Source of the DNA: Gemmatimonadales bacterium
GTDB taxonomy: Bacteria > Gemmatimonadota > Gemmatimonadetes > Gemmatimonadales > GWC2-71-9
Assembly: GCA_041577295.1 (NCBI GenBank)
Contig: JBFGJG010000007.1
Coordinates: 1 to 64,000, forward strand
Length of the DNA: 64,000 nucleotides
Direction of reading: 5' to 3'
A program made the position numbers and the translations under genes. The first letter of the stretch is position 1. Each line of letters begins with the position of its first letter. The notes beneath the pieces are model-generated. The model saw only the letters and a list, made by a program, of their open reading frames with translations, had not been told where the DNA came from and did not search any database. Positions 28,496 through 37,950 of the stretch are shown here, one piece after another.

Positions 28496-29068
28496 GTGCC
28501 CTCACAGCTTCTGGCGCTCATTCCCCTGGCGGTCGGAATCAACTTCGCGCTTGGGTACCTTGTCGCCGCCCTCCATCTGCCGGTTTTTCTCGACACGGTC
28601 GGTACGGTGTTGGTGGCCGCGATCGCCGGTCCGTGGGCGGCCCTTCTCACCGGTTTTCTCTCTCAGCTGGTTCTCGTTGTCTTCGGTCAATTCACCTTGA
28701 TGTGGTTTCTCCCGGTCCAGCTGGCCGTTGCGCTGTACGCGGGATTCGGCGCGCGCCTCGGTATATTTCGCACCCTTCGTCGCACCATCCTCGCCGGGGT
28801 TGTTTTGGGTGCTCTCGCCGCAACAATGTCGTGGCCCATCTCGTACTTCGTGTTTGGCGGTGTGACCGGTGGAGGTGTGACTGTCATCATCACCTTGCTT
28901 CGAAGTCTCGGGCTGTCACTTGGTGAGTCCATTTATCTGGGCGGACTCAGCAGCGACCTCATTGACAAGACGTTCACCTTAGTCCTCGTACGTACAATCC
29001 TCTGGTCGCTGCCCCAACGGATGCGAGTCCGGTTCCCCCTAGTGAGCAAGACGATCGGCCGGGCGTGA
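28496..29068 (+). CDS. ECF transporter substrate-binding S component
   Basis: Hydrophobic 190 aa with LPVFLDTVGTVLVAAIAGP and DLIDK; first gene of an S-T-A-A' cluster. Confidence 0.85.
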   Translation: MPSQLLALIPLAVGINFALGYLVAALHLPVFLDTVGTVLVAAIAGPWAALLTGFLSQLVLVVFGQFTLMWFLPVQLAVALYAGFGARLGIFRTLRRTILAGVVLGALAATMSWPISYFVFGGVTGGGVTVIITLLRSLGLSLGESIYLGGLSSDLIDKTFTLVLVRTILWSLPQRMRVRFPLVSKTIGRA

Positions 29069-29775
29069 CGCTCGGGTTTCAACCAGGCAGCGGGTTGCTG
29101 CACCGGGCGCATCCGTTCACGGTTCTCGCGGTGGCCCTGGCGGTGACGGTGTTGGTGTTCGTGCTTCCCGCCCCGTGGGGGCCGATCGGCTCGTGCGCTG
29201 CCCTCGTCGCACTCGCCTTCCTCGGGCGGATCCCCCGAGCCCTGCTCACGGCTGGGATCATTGTCCTTCCGATGTGGATGTTCTCGTTTTTGCTGCACGG
29301 GGTGCTTGGTGGTGACGCTCTCCGGGCCATAACGCTCGGAGCTCGGTTGACGGCGATGGTGCTCGCCTTCCTGCTCGTCGTTGCCGCCGTCCACCCAAGC
29401 CGTCTGGTTGACGCGTTGCTCGCCCGAGGTCTCCCATTCTCCGGTGCGTACCTCACCTCCGCGGCCCTTCAAGCCGTGCCGCGGCTGCGGGACCGAGGGC
29501 GCCGGATTCTAGAGGCGCAGCGCTGTCGGGGACTCAGAGTTCGTGGTTCCGTGGGTCTCCGGATCCGGGCGCTCGTGCCACTGGCCCTTCCCCTGGTATT
29601 GGGTGCGCTGTCGGAGGTGGATGAGCGGGCCACCGCGCTCGAGGCTCGAGCGGCAGGGCCGGGGGTTCGCCGCACGCCGCTCGATCCCCCGCGGGACTCC
29701 TTGGCAGATAAGGCTTTTCGCTGGGTGCTGGCCATCGGCACAGGGGTTGCTGTACTCGTGCGATTGGTGGGATGA
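29065..29775 (+). CDS. ecfT: ECF transporter transmembrane T component
   Basis: LHRAHP N-terminus; coupling motifs AQRCRG and ALEAR. Confidence 0.88.
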   Translation: MTLGFQPGSGLLHRAHPFTVLAVALAVTVLVFVLPAPWGPIGSCAALVALAFLGRIPRALLTAGIIVLPMWMFSFLLHGVLGGDALRAITLGARLTAMVLAFLLVVAAVHPSRLVDALLARGLPFSGAYLTSAALQAVPRLRDRGRRILEAQRCRGLRVRGSVGLRIRALVPLALPLVLGALSEVDERATALEARAAGPGVRRTPLDPPRDSLADKAFRWVLAIGTGVAVLVRLVG

Positions 29776-30590
29776 GCGTCGACCTCGAGGACGTGACGTT
29801 TCACTACTCGGCTGCCACTTCGCCGGCACTCCATCGGGTGACGGCGGGTTTCCGGCCGGGGCAGGTCACGTTGGTAACCGGGAGGCTCGGCTCGGGATGC
29901 TCCACGCTCCTGATGGCCGTGGCTGGCCTGGTACCCCACACGACCGGTGGGGAGCGCTCCGGCCGTGTGGCGACCCTGGGCCATGATCCCGCCTCCCCCT
30001 CCGGTCGGGCCGCCATTGCAGGCCGGGTGGGATTGCTCCTGCCGACCCCATGGACCCAGCTGTCCGGGATGGCGTACTCGATACGCGACGAGGTGGCGTT
30101 CGGGCCGGCAAACCTTGGTTGGGAGCGTTCGCGCATCCACAGGGCTGTCGAAGAGTCGCTGACGCTGCTCGCGATCGAGCACTTGGCTGGTCGGGATCCG
30201 GCCACGCTCTCCGGCGGGGAGCTACAGCGGGCCATGCTCGCGGGAGTCGTTGCTATGAATCCGGAGCTGTATTTGCTCGATGAGCCGACACAGGAGCTAG
30301 ACGCGGCGAGCGCAAGCGAGGTGTATGCCCTGCTCCCGCAGCTCGCCGCCAACGCGACGGTAATCCTCGCCACGAGCGATGTGGATCGTGCGGTCGGGAT
30401 CGCGGATCGCGTGGTGCTCATGGATCGGGGGTCGGTTGTGGCGGATGGCTCCCCACCTGACGTCTTGGGCGGCGTGCCCGCCATCACCGCCGGCGCGGCG
30501 ACCACCGTCGCCATGCTCTCTCGCCATGCCGGCTGCCCTTCACCCTACCCCGCCACCGTGGATGGAGCCTTGGAACGGTACGGCCGGTGA
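29772..30590 (+). CDS. ECF transporter ATPase A
   Basis: Degenerate Walker A GRLGSGCST, EVAFGPAN, LSGGELQR, LLDEPT. Confidence 0.85.
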   Translation: MSVDLEDVTFHYSAATSPALHRVTAGFRPGQVTLVTGRLGSGCSTLLMAVAGLVPHTTGGERSGRVATLGHDPASPSGRAAIAGRVGLLLPTPWTQLSGMAYSIRDEVAFGPANLGWERSRIHRAVEESLTLLAIEHLAGRDPATLSGGELQRAMLAGVVAMNPELYLLDEPTQELDAASASEVYALLPQLAANATVILATSDVDRAVGIADRVVLMDRGSVVADGSPPDVLGGVPAITAGAATTVAMLSRHAGCPSPYPATVDGALERYGR

Positions 30591-31456
30591 CCGCGGTCCG
30601 ATTCGACGACGTATGGTTCACCTACGGTGAGAGTCCTCTGCTCCGGGGCGTCACATTCTCGGTGTTGGCCGGTCAGACCGTTGCGCTGGTCGGCGGGAAT
30701 GGGGCGGGCAAGACAACGCTTACCAAGTTGATGGCGGGCTTATTGCATCCAGTGCGCGGTGCGGTGTGGGTTGGGGAGCAGCGGACGCGCGGGAAGGCAC
30801 CTGAAGACCTCTCCTCGTGGGTGGCGTACGTGTTCCAGCATCCGGAAGACCAGCTGTTTGCGCGAACGGTGTTGGACGAAACCGCGTTTGCCTCGCGTCA
30901 ACAGGGCCTGGATCGACGGGAAGCGGAGCAGCGGGCCGCGACCGCGCTCGACCAAGTTGGTCTCGGGGGATTGGAAGCAGCACATCCGTACGATCTCAGC
31001 CCGGCACAACGGAAGCTGGTCACCGTAGCCGCGGCGATCGCTCAGGATGCGCAGATGTTGGTGCTGGACGAACCCACCATGGGCCTCGATCAATCGTTCA
31101 AGGCAGCGGTGTCCGATGTGGTGCGACGATACGTCGGCGGAATGGGGACGGCAGCGCCAGGTCGCGTTGCATTCGTTGTGTCCCATGACATTGGGTTCGT
31201 GGCGGAGACGTGTGACCGAACACTCGTGCTCGCCCATGGACGTATCGCGTACGATGGAGCAACGCGCGATCTGCTCTATGATCAGGTGCGCTTAGAGGTG
31301 CTCGGGATCGAACCTCCTCCTGTCATTGGTGTCAGTCACGCACTCGCGTTGGCGGGGCGGCCAGTGCGATTCGTTGATGTCGCCGCAGCACTGAGTGAAC
31401 GTTGCCGAGGCTCTGGGTCGGAAATAACTTCGCGGTTCGCTGATGATCAACGCTGA
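30587..31456 (+). CDS. ECF transporter ATPase A'
   Basis: GGNGAGKTT, FQHPEDQLF, HPYDLS, LDEPT, SHD. Confidence 0.88.
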   Translation: MTAVRFDDVWFTYGESPLLRGVTFSVLAGQTVALVGGNGAGKTTLTKLMAGLLHPVRGAVWVGEQRTRGKAPEDLSSWVAYVFQHPEDQLFARTVLDETAFASRQQGLDRREAEQRAATALDQVGLGGLEAAHPYDLSPAQRKLVTVAAAIAQDAQMLVLDEPTMGLDQSFKAAVSDVVRRYVGGMGTAAPGRVAFVVSHDIGFVAETCDRTLVLAHGRIAYDGATRDLLYDQVRLEVLGIEPPPVIGVSHALALAGRPVRFVDVAAALSERCRGSGSEITSRFADDQR

Positions 31457-32888
31457 TCATTTTGCGGTAACGCTCGCGCGGGCCGCACACCTCTTCCGGA
31501 CTTCGCCGGACATTGCGCAACGCAAGACGGTTCTTCGTGCCTTGGTTGCGCTGACCAAGCTCGGGTCCATTACCGTGGCCGTACGTGGCGGGGAGCTGAC
31601 CGTAGAGGGGAAGCCGGTCTCGGCGTCCCTTCCTTTCATCTCCGACTTAACGAGCCAGCTCGAAGCTCATCGCGTGACGACCGTGTCATTCTCGCAGGGC
31701 GCGCCACCGTCGGAGGTGCTGAATCTGTTGAGACGGTTGGCTACCGAGCCGGATGACGATCAGGTAGCCGAGCTCGCGGAGTTCCTCGCCGACGAGTGGC
31801 GCGGGACGGGGGTGTTCGTGTCGTTGGCTGGCGTGACAGCGTCCGAAGGCGAGGCCGGCCCGAACGGTAAGCCGGAAGGCCGGGGAACATTGCCGGCGTC
31901 ATCCCTGTCGATGGCGATGCGGCGCTTGGTTTCCTCACCCCACGGTGCCGACGCTCTCGACCGCTTGCACGACGTCGGTGTGGAGGTGCGAGAGGCATTT
32001 GTGGCGGATCGGCTGGAGGAAGCGGTGCAGGCGCTCGCCGCCATCATCGCGTTGGAGGAGCGGGCCCCGAGCGATCACGTTCGCCGCTCGTACGGCATCG
32101 AGCTGCGGCGATCGCTGACTCGTGGCATCCTGCAACGGGTCACAACGATGCTCGATGATTCACGCTTTGGTGACGCCGCATCCAAAGTGCTGCGGCGAGC
32201 CGGTCCGGACGGCACTAAGGTGCTCGTCGACCAGATCAATTCGCTTCCCGCCATGGATGAGCGGCGTAACGCGTTCGCGTCGCTGCGACGCGTGAAGGAA
32301 GGATACCACTTAATGGTATCGATGCTCCGACATCCGGATTGGTACGTGGTTCGCAATGGGGCGTGGTTGATTGGGGAGTTAGGGGTCGGCGAGGTGGTTC
32401 GCGAGCTATCGATGGCGTTGGATCACAAAGATGGTCGGGTGCGCCAGGCGGCCGCGGTTGCGCTGGCCAAGGTGGGCACGGCCGAGGCGGCCGAGCACCT
32501 CGCGGGGATCATTACCAGGGGCGACACCCGATTACGCTCGCTCGCCCTCGGCGCGATTGACGGTCCCAACAACGCGAGCCTCGTGCGTCCCCTGACGACA
32601 ATGCTCGAGCAGGAGAAGGACATGGTCATGGCCGGCGAGTACGTCCGTGCTCTCGGCCGCATCGGGACACCCGACGCTATCCGAGCCCTGCTCCAGACGG
32701 CCCGGTCGGGCAGGTGGTTCGTGGGCCGAAAACCCAAACCCATACGCCTTGCCGCAATCGACGCGCTGCGCGAACTTGGTGGCCCCACGGCGATTGGAAC
32801 CCTCGAGGAACTGGTACGGGATCGTGACCGGGATGTGCAAGAAGCTGCGCGAACCGCCTTAGCGGAGATTCGGGGGTCTGAGGAATAG
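31443..32888 (+). CDS. HEAT-repeat protein
   Basis: HPDWYVVRNG, DGRVRQAAAVALAKVG, ALGRIGTP, DRDVQEAA repeats. Confidence 0.85.
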   Translation: MINADHFAVTLARAAHLFRTSPDIAQRKTVLRALVALTKLGSITVAVRGGELTVEGKPVSASLPFISDLTSQLEAHRVTTVSFSQGAPPSEVLNLLRRLATEPDDDQVAELAEFLADEWRGTGVFVSLAGVTASEGEAGPNGKPEGRGTLPASSLSMAMRRLVSSPHGADALDRLHDVGVEVREAFVADRLEEAVQALAAIIALEERAPSDHVRRSYGIELRRSLTRGILQRVTTMLDDSRFGDAASKVLRRAGPDGTKVLVDQINSLPAMDERRNAFASLRRVKEGYHLMVSMLRHPDWYVVRNGAWLIGELGVGEVVRELSMALDHKDGRVRQAAAVALAKVGTAEAAEHLAGIITRGDTRLRSLALGAIDGPNNASLVRPLTTMLEQEKDMVMAGEYVRALGRIGTPDAIRALLQTARSGRWFVGRKPKPIRLAAIDALRELGGPTAIGTLEELVRDRDRDVQEAARTALAEIRGSEE

Positions 32889-32951
32889 TGAGCCGGGGAG
32901 GGGAACATCGGTTTGCTGCGCCGCCCGGCCGGTCATAATTTACCTTGATCC

Positions 32952-34640
32952 ATGCGTTTCGAAAACAAACTCGCGGTCCTGCTCGGCCGCAGTGTCGACA
33001 TGCTGCGGCGCTCTCCAGATGCCGTCGATGATCACAAAGCCGCTCTCAAGTCGCTCGTCGAGCTAACAGCAGAGCGTAGCACCACCGTTCGGCTGCGGTA
33101 TGGGAGCACGCTAACCATCGAGGGTGTCGCGGTCCCCCCCGAGACACCGTTTGCCTCAGTCTTTTCGGCCCAGATGCGAGCCCACGGCATCGCGGCCATT
33201 TTCATCGCACACAAGGCGGCCGCCCTCGATCTGCTCACCATGCTGATCGCGCTCGCGCGTCCCGCTGAAGAGCTCAGCGATGCAGGGGGTGTGGCCGGAA
33301 CCCTGCGCGACGCGAATATCCTCACCATCGCCGTCGTCACCGCGGAGGAGGCTCGCAAAGGGCGCGGGTCGGTCCCGGCGGCCAGGGTCACCGACGCCTT
33401 GCGGGCGGCTGGGGTATTGGATGAGCTGGACGAGATGGGACAGCAACAGGCGCCGGCGGCGACTCCTCCGCCTGCGCCCGAGCCGGCCGCCCCGGAACCC
33501 TTGCTCCCCGAACCAGCCGCTCCCGCCGTCACTGGGCCGAGACGCTCCTCGGGTGGCGAAGTGATTCTCGCCGACGATGGCGCCCCGTTTCCGGCAATGT
33601 TCCCAAGCGAAGGACCGACCCCTGAGGAGCCGACGGAAGCAGAGGACATCGAGATCCCACGCCCGGAGGGTGTCCCGGAGGACGAGGACATCATGCGGCA
33701 GCTCAACGAGACAGCCAAGGCGATTGTCGTCATGGTGGAGCGGGGGGAGATTCGGGAAGCCCTGGAGCAAGCGAAAGAGCTACTGCAGGCGTGGGAGACC
33801 GCGCCCGATGAAGACACCCATCGGGCCTACACCATCGCGTTGCAGCGGGCTTCCACGCATGAGGCGGTGCAACGGTTCGCCGGCCTCTTGGTGGACGAGC
33901 TGTACACCGACGATGTTGTCCGTTTCTTGGAGTTCGTGGGCAAGAGAGGCACACAGGTTGTGCTGGACAAGTTGGTCGAGGCGCCGACCTACGCCGAACG
34001 ACGGGCGTACATGCGAGCCCTCAAGCGGATGAACACCGGGGTCGACGTCATCATTAGCATGTTTTCTCACCACAAGTGGTATGTGGTGCGGAACCTTGCC
34101 GATCTCGTGGGCGACCTCCGCGTCGGGGAAGCGGTGCCGGCCCTAGGGAAGGCAGCTGGCCACGATGATGCCCGCGTACGGCGCTCGGCTGGTGTCGCCT
34201 TGGCGCGCATCGGGACGACGGCGGCTGCTCCTTTCTTGCGAGCGCTGATCCGAGATCCGGATCCCGATGTCCGCCACGGTGTGGCGCAAGAGATTGCTGG
34301 CCGCGGCATGACCGCGCTCGTCATGCCGTTGGTCGCTGCTGCGGAGAATGAAGAGGATACCACGATCCTTTGTGAGTACTACCGGGCGATGGGACGGATC
34401 GGGACGCCGGAAGCGCTCCAGGTGCTCACCAAAGTTGCGGAGACGGGGGGCTCGCTCTTCAAGCGGAAGCCCATCGCCCCACGCCTCGCAGCCATTGAAG
34501 CCTTGGGTCTCGCCGGTCCTTCAGCACCTCGATCTGTCTTGTTGCGCCTCTCTGAGGATCGCGACAAGCAAGTGCGCGATGCCGCGCAGGAGGCCCTCGT
34601 CCGGTCGGAGACCGCCCCTCCTCCAGTCAACGAGGAGTAA
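32952..34640 (+). CDS. HEAT-repeat protein (paralog of the preceding gene) with Pro/Glu-rich linker
   Basis: HKWYVVRNL, DARVRRSA, MGRIGTP, DKQVRDAA. Confidence 0.85.
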   Translation: MRFENKLAVLLGRSVDMLRRSPDAVDDHKAALKSLVELTAERSTTVRLRYGSTLTIEGVAVPPETPFASVFSAQMRAHGIAAIFIAHKAAALDLLTMLIALARPAEELSDAGGVAGTLRDANILTIAVVTAEEARKGRGSVPAARVTDALRAAGVLDELDEMGQQQAPAATPPPAPEPAAPEPLLPEPAAPAVTGPRRSSGGEVILADDGAPFPAMFPSEGPTPEEPTEAEDIEIPRPEGVPEDEDIMRQLNETAKAIVVMVERGEIREALEQAKELLQAWETAPDEDTHRAYTIALQRASTHEAVQRFAGLLVDELYTDDVVRFLEFVGKRGTQVVLDKLVEAPTYAERRAYMRALKRMNTGVDVIISMFSHHKWYVVRNLADLVGDLRVGEAVPALGKAAGHDDARVRRSAGVALARIGTTAAAPFLRALIRDPDPDVRHGVAQEIAGRGMTALVMPLVAAAENEEDTTILCEYYRAMGRIGTPEALQVLTKVAETGGSLFKRKPIAPRLAAIEALGLAGPSAPRSVLLRLSEDRDKQVRDAAQEALVRSETAPPPVNEE

Positions 34641-35694
34641 AATCGGTTTTCGGTGTAACCCGCCGCGCAAACGCTGCCAAGAGCTTGGCTGCTCGCTCGA
34701 GATCTCGCAGATCGACCATTTCGTTGGGGCTGTGCATATACCGATTGGGAACCGAGACGAGTCCGGTGGCGATCCCTTGCCGGACGGTGTAGATGGCGTC
34801 GGCGTCGGTACCTGTATCGCGAGGTGCGGCCTGTAACGAATACGGGATCTTCGCCGCGTCCGCCGTTTTCATCAGAAGCTCCACGACCATGGGGTTCACG
34901 GCGGACCCGCGCGATAGAACGGGACCACGACCCAGTCGCGTATCGCCGTGCTTCGTCTTATCGCCCCCGGGGTGGTCGGTGGCGTGCGTGACATCCACGA
35001 CGACTGCCACATCCGGCTCGATCCCGGTTGCGCTCGTGCGCGCCCCACCTCCACTCCACCCGATCTCCTCTTGCGTGGTCGCGACGGCGAAGACGGCGGC
35101 CTTCGGCTTTCGCCCTGCGAGAAGCCGCAGCGCTTCGCCGACGACAAACGCGCCGATCCGATTGTCTATGCTGCGGGACACGAGGCGTCCGCCAGGCATC
35201 TCAACGGCAGAGCAGGCAAGCACCGCCGGATCTCCGATGCGGACTTTTTGTAGCGCGTCCTTTTGATTCTTCGCACCGACGTCGATCCATAGGTCCGTGG
35301 TCTTCACCACCTTGTCCCGATCATCGGTGGACATGAGATGAATCGGTTTGCGACCGATGACGCCACTCACGGGACCGTTTTTCGTGACGATGGCGACGCG
35401 TTGGCCCACGAGGACCTGGGCGTCCCAGCCGCCGATGGTTGAAAAGTACAGGTAGCCGTCGCTATCCACGTGGTGGATCATCAGCCCGATCTCGTCGATG
35501 TGTCCGGCGAACATGACCCGGGGTGCTCCCTCAGGGTTCACTGCCGCGATGGAGTTTCCGGACACATCCGTGGTCACCAGGTCGGCAAATTTCTCCACCT
35601 CCTCCCTCCAGACGCGTGCGGGAAGAGTCTCGAAGCCCGAGGGGCCGGGAGAGTCGAGGAGCCGTTTCAGGAACCGCAAAGAGGACGTTTTCAT
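34627..35694 (-). CDS. M42 family aminopeptidase
   Basis: PGPSGFE, GHIDEIG, DNRIG, QEEIG, DVTHA, YMHSP. Start placed at ATG 35694. Confidence 0.93.
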   Translation of the reverse strand: MKTSSLRFLKRLLDSPGPSGFETLPARVWREEVEKFADLVTTDVSGNSIAAVNPEGAPRVMFAGHIDEIGLMIHHVDSDGYLYFSTIGGWDAQVLVGQRVAIVTKNGPVSGVIGRKPIHLMSTDDRDKVVKTTDLWIDVGAKNQKDALQKVRIGDPAVLACSAVEMPGGRLVSRSIDNRIGAFVVGEALRLLAGRKPKAAVFAVATTQEEIGWSGGGARTSATGIEPDVAVVVDVTHATDHPGGDKTKHGDTRLGRGPVLSRGSAVNPMVVELLMKTADAAKIPYSLQAAPRDTGTDADAIYTVRQGIATGLVSVPNRYMHSPNEMVDLRDLERAAKLLAAFARRVTPKTDFTPR

Positions 35695-35727
35695 GGTGCC
35701 GTAAGATATAGCCATGCCCAAACCTGC

Positions 35728-35756
35728 TTGACAGTCGTGAAGGGCGGCCGGACATT
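35728..35756 (+). promoter_or_regulatory. Candidate sigma70 promoter for the OPT gene
   Basis: Perfect TTGACA (35728-35733), 17-nt spacer, weak -10 GACATT. Confidence 0.4.
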
Positions 35757-35817
35757 CCGTCCGGTTGTCGTCCCACCGAGGCCGTACGACGCGCGTCTCT
35801 AGCATCGAGGGAAACGA

Positions 35818-37890
35818 ATGAGTGCTCACTCGTCGGCAGCGGCGCAGCCCGCGCGCCCACAGTCTGATGCCCCGTACATTCCGGCGTCGCAATCGCTGCC
35901 AGAAATCACCCTCAAGGCAGTGGTGCTCGGGTTCATCCTCTCGGCGGTCCTCGCCGGAGCAAATGCTTACCTGGGTCTCAAGGTTGGCCTGACGGTTTCG
36001 GCTTCGATTCCAGCAGCGGTAATCTCGATGGCGGTGCTCCAATTCTTTCGAGAGCACAACATCCTCGAAAACAACATCGTGCAGACGGCCGCGTCGGCGG
36101 GTGAATCCCTCGCAGCGGGGGTGATCTTCACCCTGCCCGCGCTGATCATGTTGCAGTATTGGCAGAAGTTTGAGTTTCTGCCGACGTTGGCCATTGCAAC
36201 GTGCGGTGGTGTACTGGGTGTTCTGTTTACGATACCGTTGCGCCGCGCGCTCATTATCGAGGCCAATCTGCAGTTCCCAGAGGGCGTGGCCACGGGCGAG
36301 GTGCTGAAGGCCGGCACGGAAGGCGGCCGGGGTGCGCGGCTCATTGCGATGGCCGGTGTCGCCGGAGCGTTCCTCAAGCTCTGTCAATCGGGCTTCAAGA
36401 TAGTGGCAGGAAAGTCATCGGGAGCGTTCACCGCCGGCAACGGTGCGATCTTCGGATATGGAAGCGAGTTAGGAGTCGCTCTGCTCGGCGTGGGCTACAT
36501 CGTGGGCATCAACATCGCCATCCTCGTGTTTGCTGGTGGGCTGATCTCCTGGCTGTTTGGTATTCCTATTTTTACAGCGACTGCCAGCCCCGCCGAGCTA
36601 CAAGCGATCGTTGGTGACGCGCACGGATATGAAGCGGCCGAGCAGGTGTGGAGCCAGCGTATCCGGTTCATGGGTGTCGGAGCCATGGCAACGGGTGGTC
36701 TGTGGGCACTGTTGTCGCTGATCGGTCCGATACGCGACGGGGTCCGGTCGTCGTTTCAAGCCATGCGGGATGCCCGGTCTGGACATGCAACCGCCATCGA
36801 GCGTACCGAGCGGGACACCCCGATCAATTTCGTGATGATCGGGACGGTGGCGCTCGCGGTTCCCATTTTCATCGTCTTCCTCTTCGTCGTGGACCAGGGC
36901 GCGCTCGCGATCTCGTCGGGGTTGTACGGTGGAATCGTTCTCTTGGGGGTGGTCTTCGCGTTGGTCGCAGGTTTTCTCTTCGCGTCGGTCGCCGGGTACA
37001 TGGCGGGTCTGGTCGGATCGTCCAACAACCCAATCTCTGGCGTGACGATTGCCACGATTCTCACGATTTCACTGGTCCTCCTATGGCTGCTGGGTGGGCA
37101 GATCGACTTCACGGTCGACGCGGCGAAAGCCACCACCGCAGCGGCAACCGCGATTCTGGTCGGAGCAATCGTCGCGTGCGCTGCGGCGATCGCCGGCGAC
37201 AACATGCAAGATCTCAAGGCTGGTCGGATCGTCGGGGCCACGCCATACAAGCAACAGATCATGCAGATGGTGGGCGTGATCGCTGGTGCGTTGGTCATCG
37301 CGCCTGTATTGCAGCTCTTGTTTCAGGCGTACGGGTTGGGCGACGTCTTTCCTCGGTTGGGAATGGACCCCGGCGAAGCCCTGAAGGCGCCGCAGGCCAC
37401 GCTGATGAGCTCGGTGGCCAACGGTGTGTTCACCCGCAACCTCCCGTGGACGATGATTTGGATTGGGGCGGTCGTTGCGGTGGCGATCATCGTGCTCGAT
37501 CAGATCCTCAAGAGTCGCAGGAGCACGTTTCGCACACCCGTACTGGCGGTGGCGGTGGGGATCTACCTTCCGTTGGAGCTGACCACACCGATCTTCATCG
37601 GCGGCCTGGTTGCCGCGATCGCGATCCGAACGCTGAAGAGCCGTGGTGCGTCGAGTGCTCAGGTCACGGGGGCCAACCAAGCGGGATTGCTGTTCGCTTC
37701 TGGGCTGATCACGGGCGAAGCCCTCGTCGGGATCCTTCTGGCTATCCCCTTCGCCGCTGCCCAAAGCACGGACGTGCTGCGGATTGCGCCTCCGGGCTTC
37801 GAGACCGTGGCCAATATCCTGGGTGTGCTGGGGTTGACGCTGTTCGTCATGTGGTTGTTCAGGGTGGCGACGCGTACGGAGCAGCAGTGA
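35818..37890 (+). CDS. OPT-family oligopeptide transporter
   Basis: ANAYLGLKVGLTVSASIPAAVIS, ENNIVQT, FPEGVA, SSNNPISG, DLKAG, APQATLM. Confidence 0.95.
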   Translation: MSAHSSAAAQPARPQSDAPYIPASQSLPEITLKAVVLGFILSAVLAGANAYLGLKVGLTVSASIPAAVISMAVLQFFREHNILENNIVQTAASAGESLAAGVIFTLPALIMLQYWQKFEFLPTLAIATCGGVLGVLFTIPLRRALIIEANLQFPEGVATGEVLKAGTEGGRGARLIAMAGVAGAFLKLCQSGFKIVAGKSSGAFTAGNGAIFGYGSELGVALLGVGYIVGINIAILVFAGGLISWLFGIPIFTATASPAELQAIVGDAHGYEAAEQVWSQRIRFMGVGAMATGGLWALLSLIGPIRDGVRSSFQAMRDARSGHATAIERTERDTPINFVMIGTVALAVPIFIVFLFVVDQGALAISSGLYGGIVLLGVVFALVAGFLFASVAGYMAGLVGSSNNPISGVTIATILTISLVLLWLLGGQIDFTVDAAKATTAAATAILVGAIVACAAAIAGDNMQDLKAGRIVGATPYKQQIMQMVGVIAGALVIAPVLQLLFQAYGLGDVFPRLGMDPGEALKAPQATLMSSVANGVFTRNLPWTMIWIGAVVAVAIIVLDQILKSRRSTFRTPVLAVAVGIYLPLELTTPIFIGGLVAAIAIRTLKSRGASSAQVTGANQAGLLFASGLITGEALVGILLAIPFAAAQSTDVLRIAPPGFETVANILGVLGLTLFVMWLFRVATRTEQQ

Positions 37891-37893
37891 ATT

Positions 37894-37921
37894 GCAGTGA
37901 GGAGTGAGCGGTGAGCATTGA
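37894..37921 (+). repeat. Heptamer tandem repeat GCAGTGA-GGAGTGA-GCGGTGA-GCATTGA
   Basis: Four consecutive 7-mers each ending in TGA, right after the OPT stop (which is itself in a GCAGTGA). Confidence 0.7.
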
Positions 37922-37946
37922 AGCGCCCGCCATCTGGCGGGCGCTT
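37921..37946. terminator. Hairpin between convergent genes, likely intrinsic terminator
   Basis: Perfect 11-bp stem AAGCGCCCGCC-atct-GGCGGGCGCTT followed by TGCTT. Confidence 0.75.
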
Positions 37947-37950
37947 TGCT

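Noticed and set aside
35695..36387. Long N-terminal extension of the M42 ORF (similar extensions on the sigma, HD and cbiX ORFs)
   Set aside because: They overlap well-supported neighbouring genes; homology begins at the downstream starts used.
36648..37907. 419-aa alternative-frame ORF within the OPT gene
   Set aside because: Arg-rich off-frame translation of a hydrophobic protein gene; no motifs.
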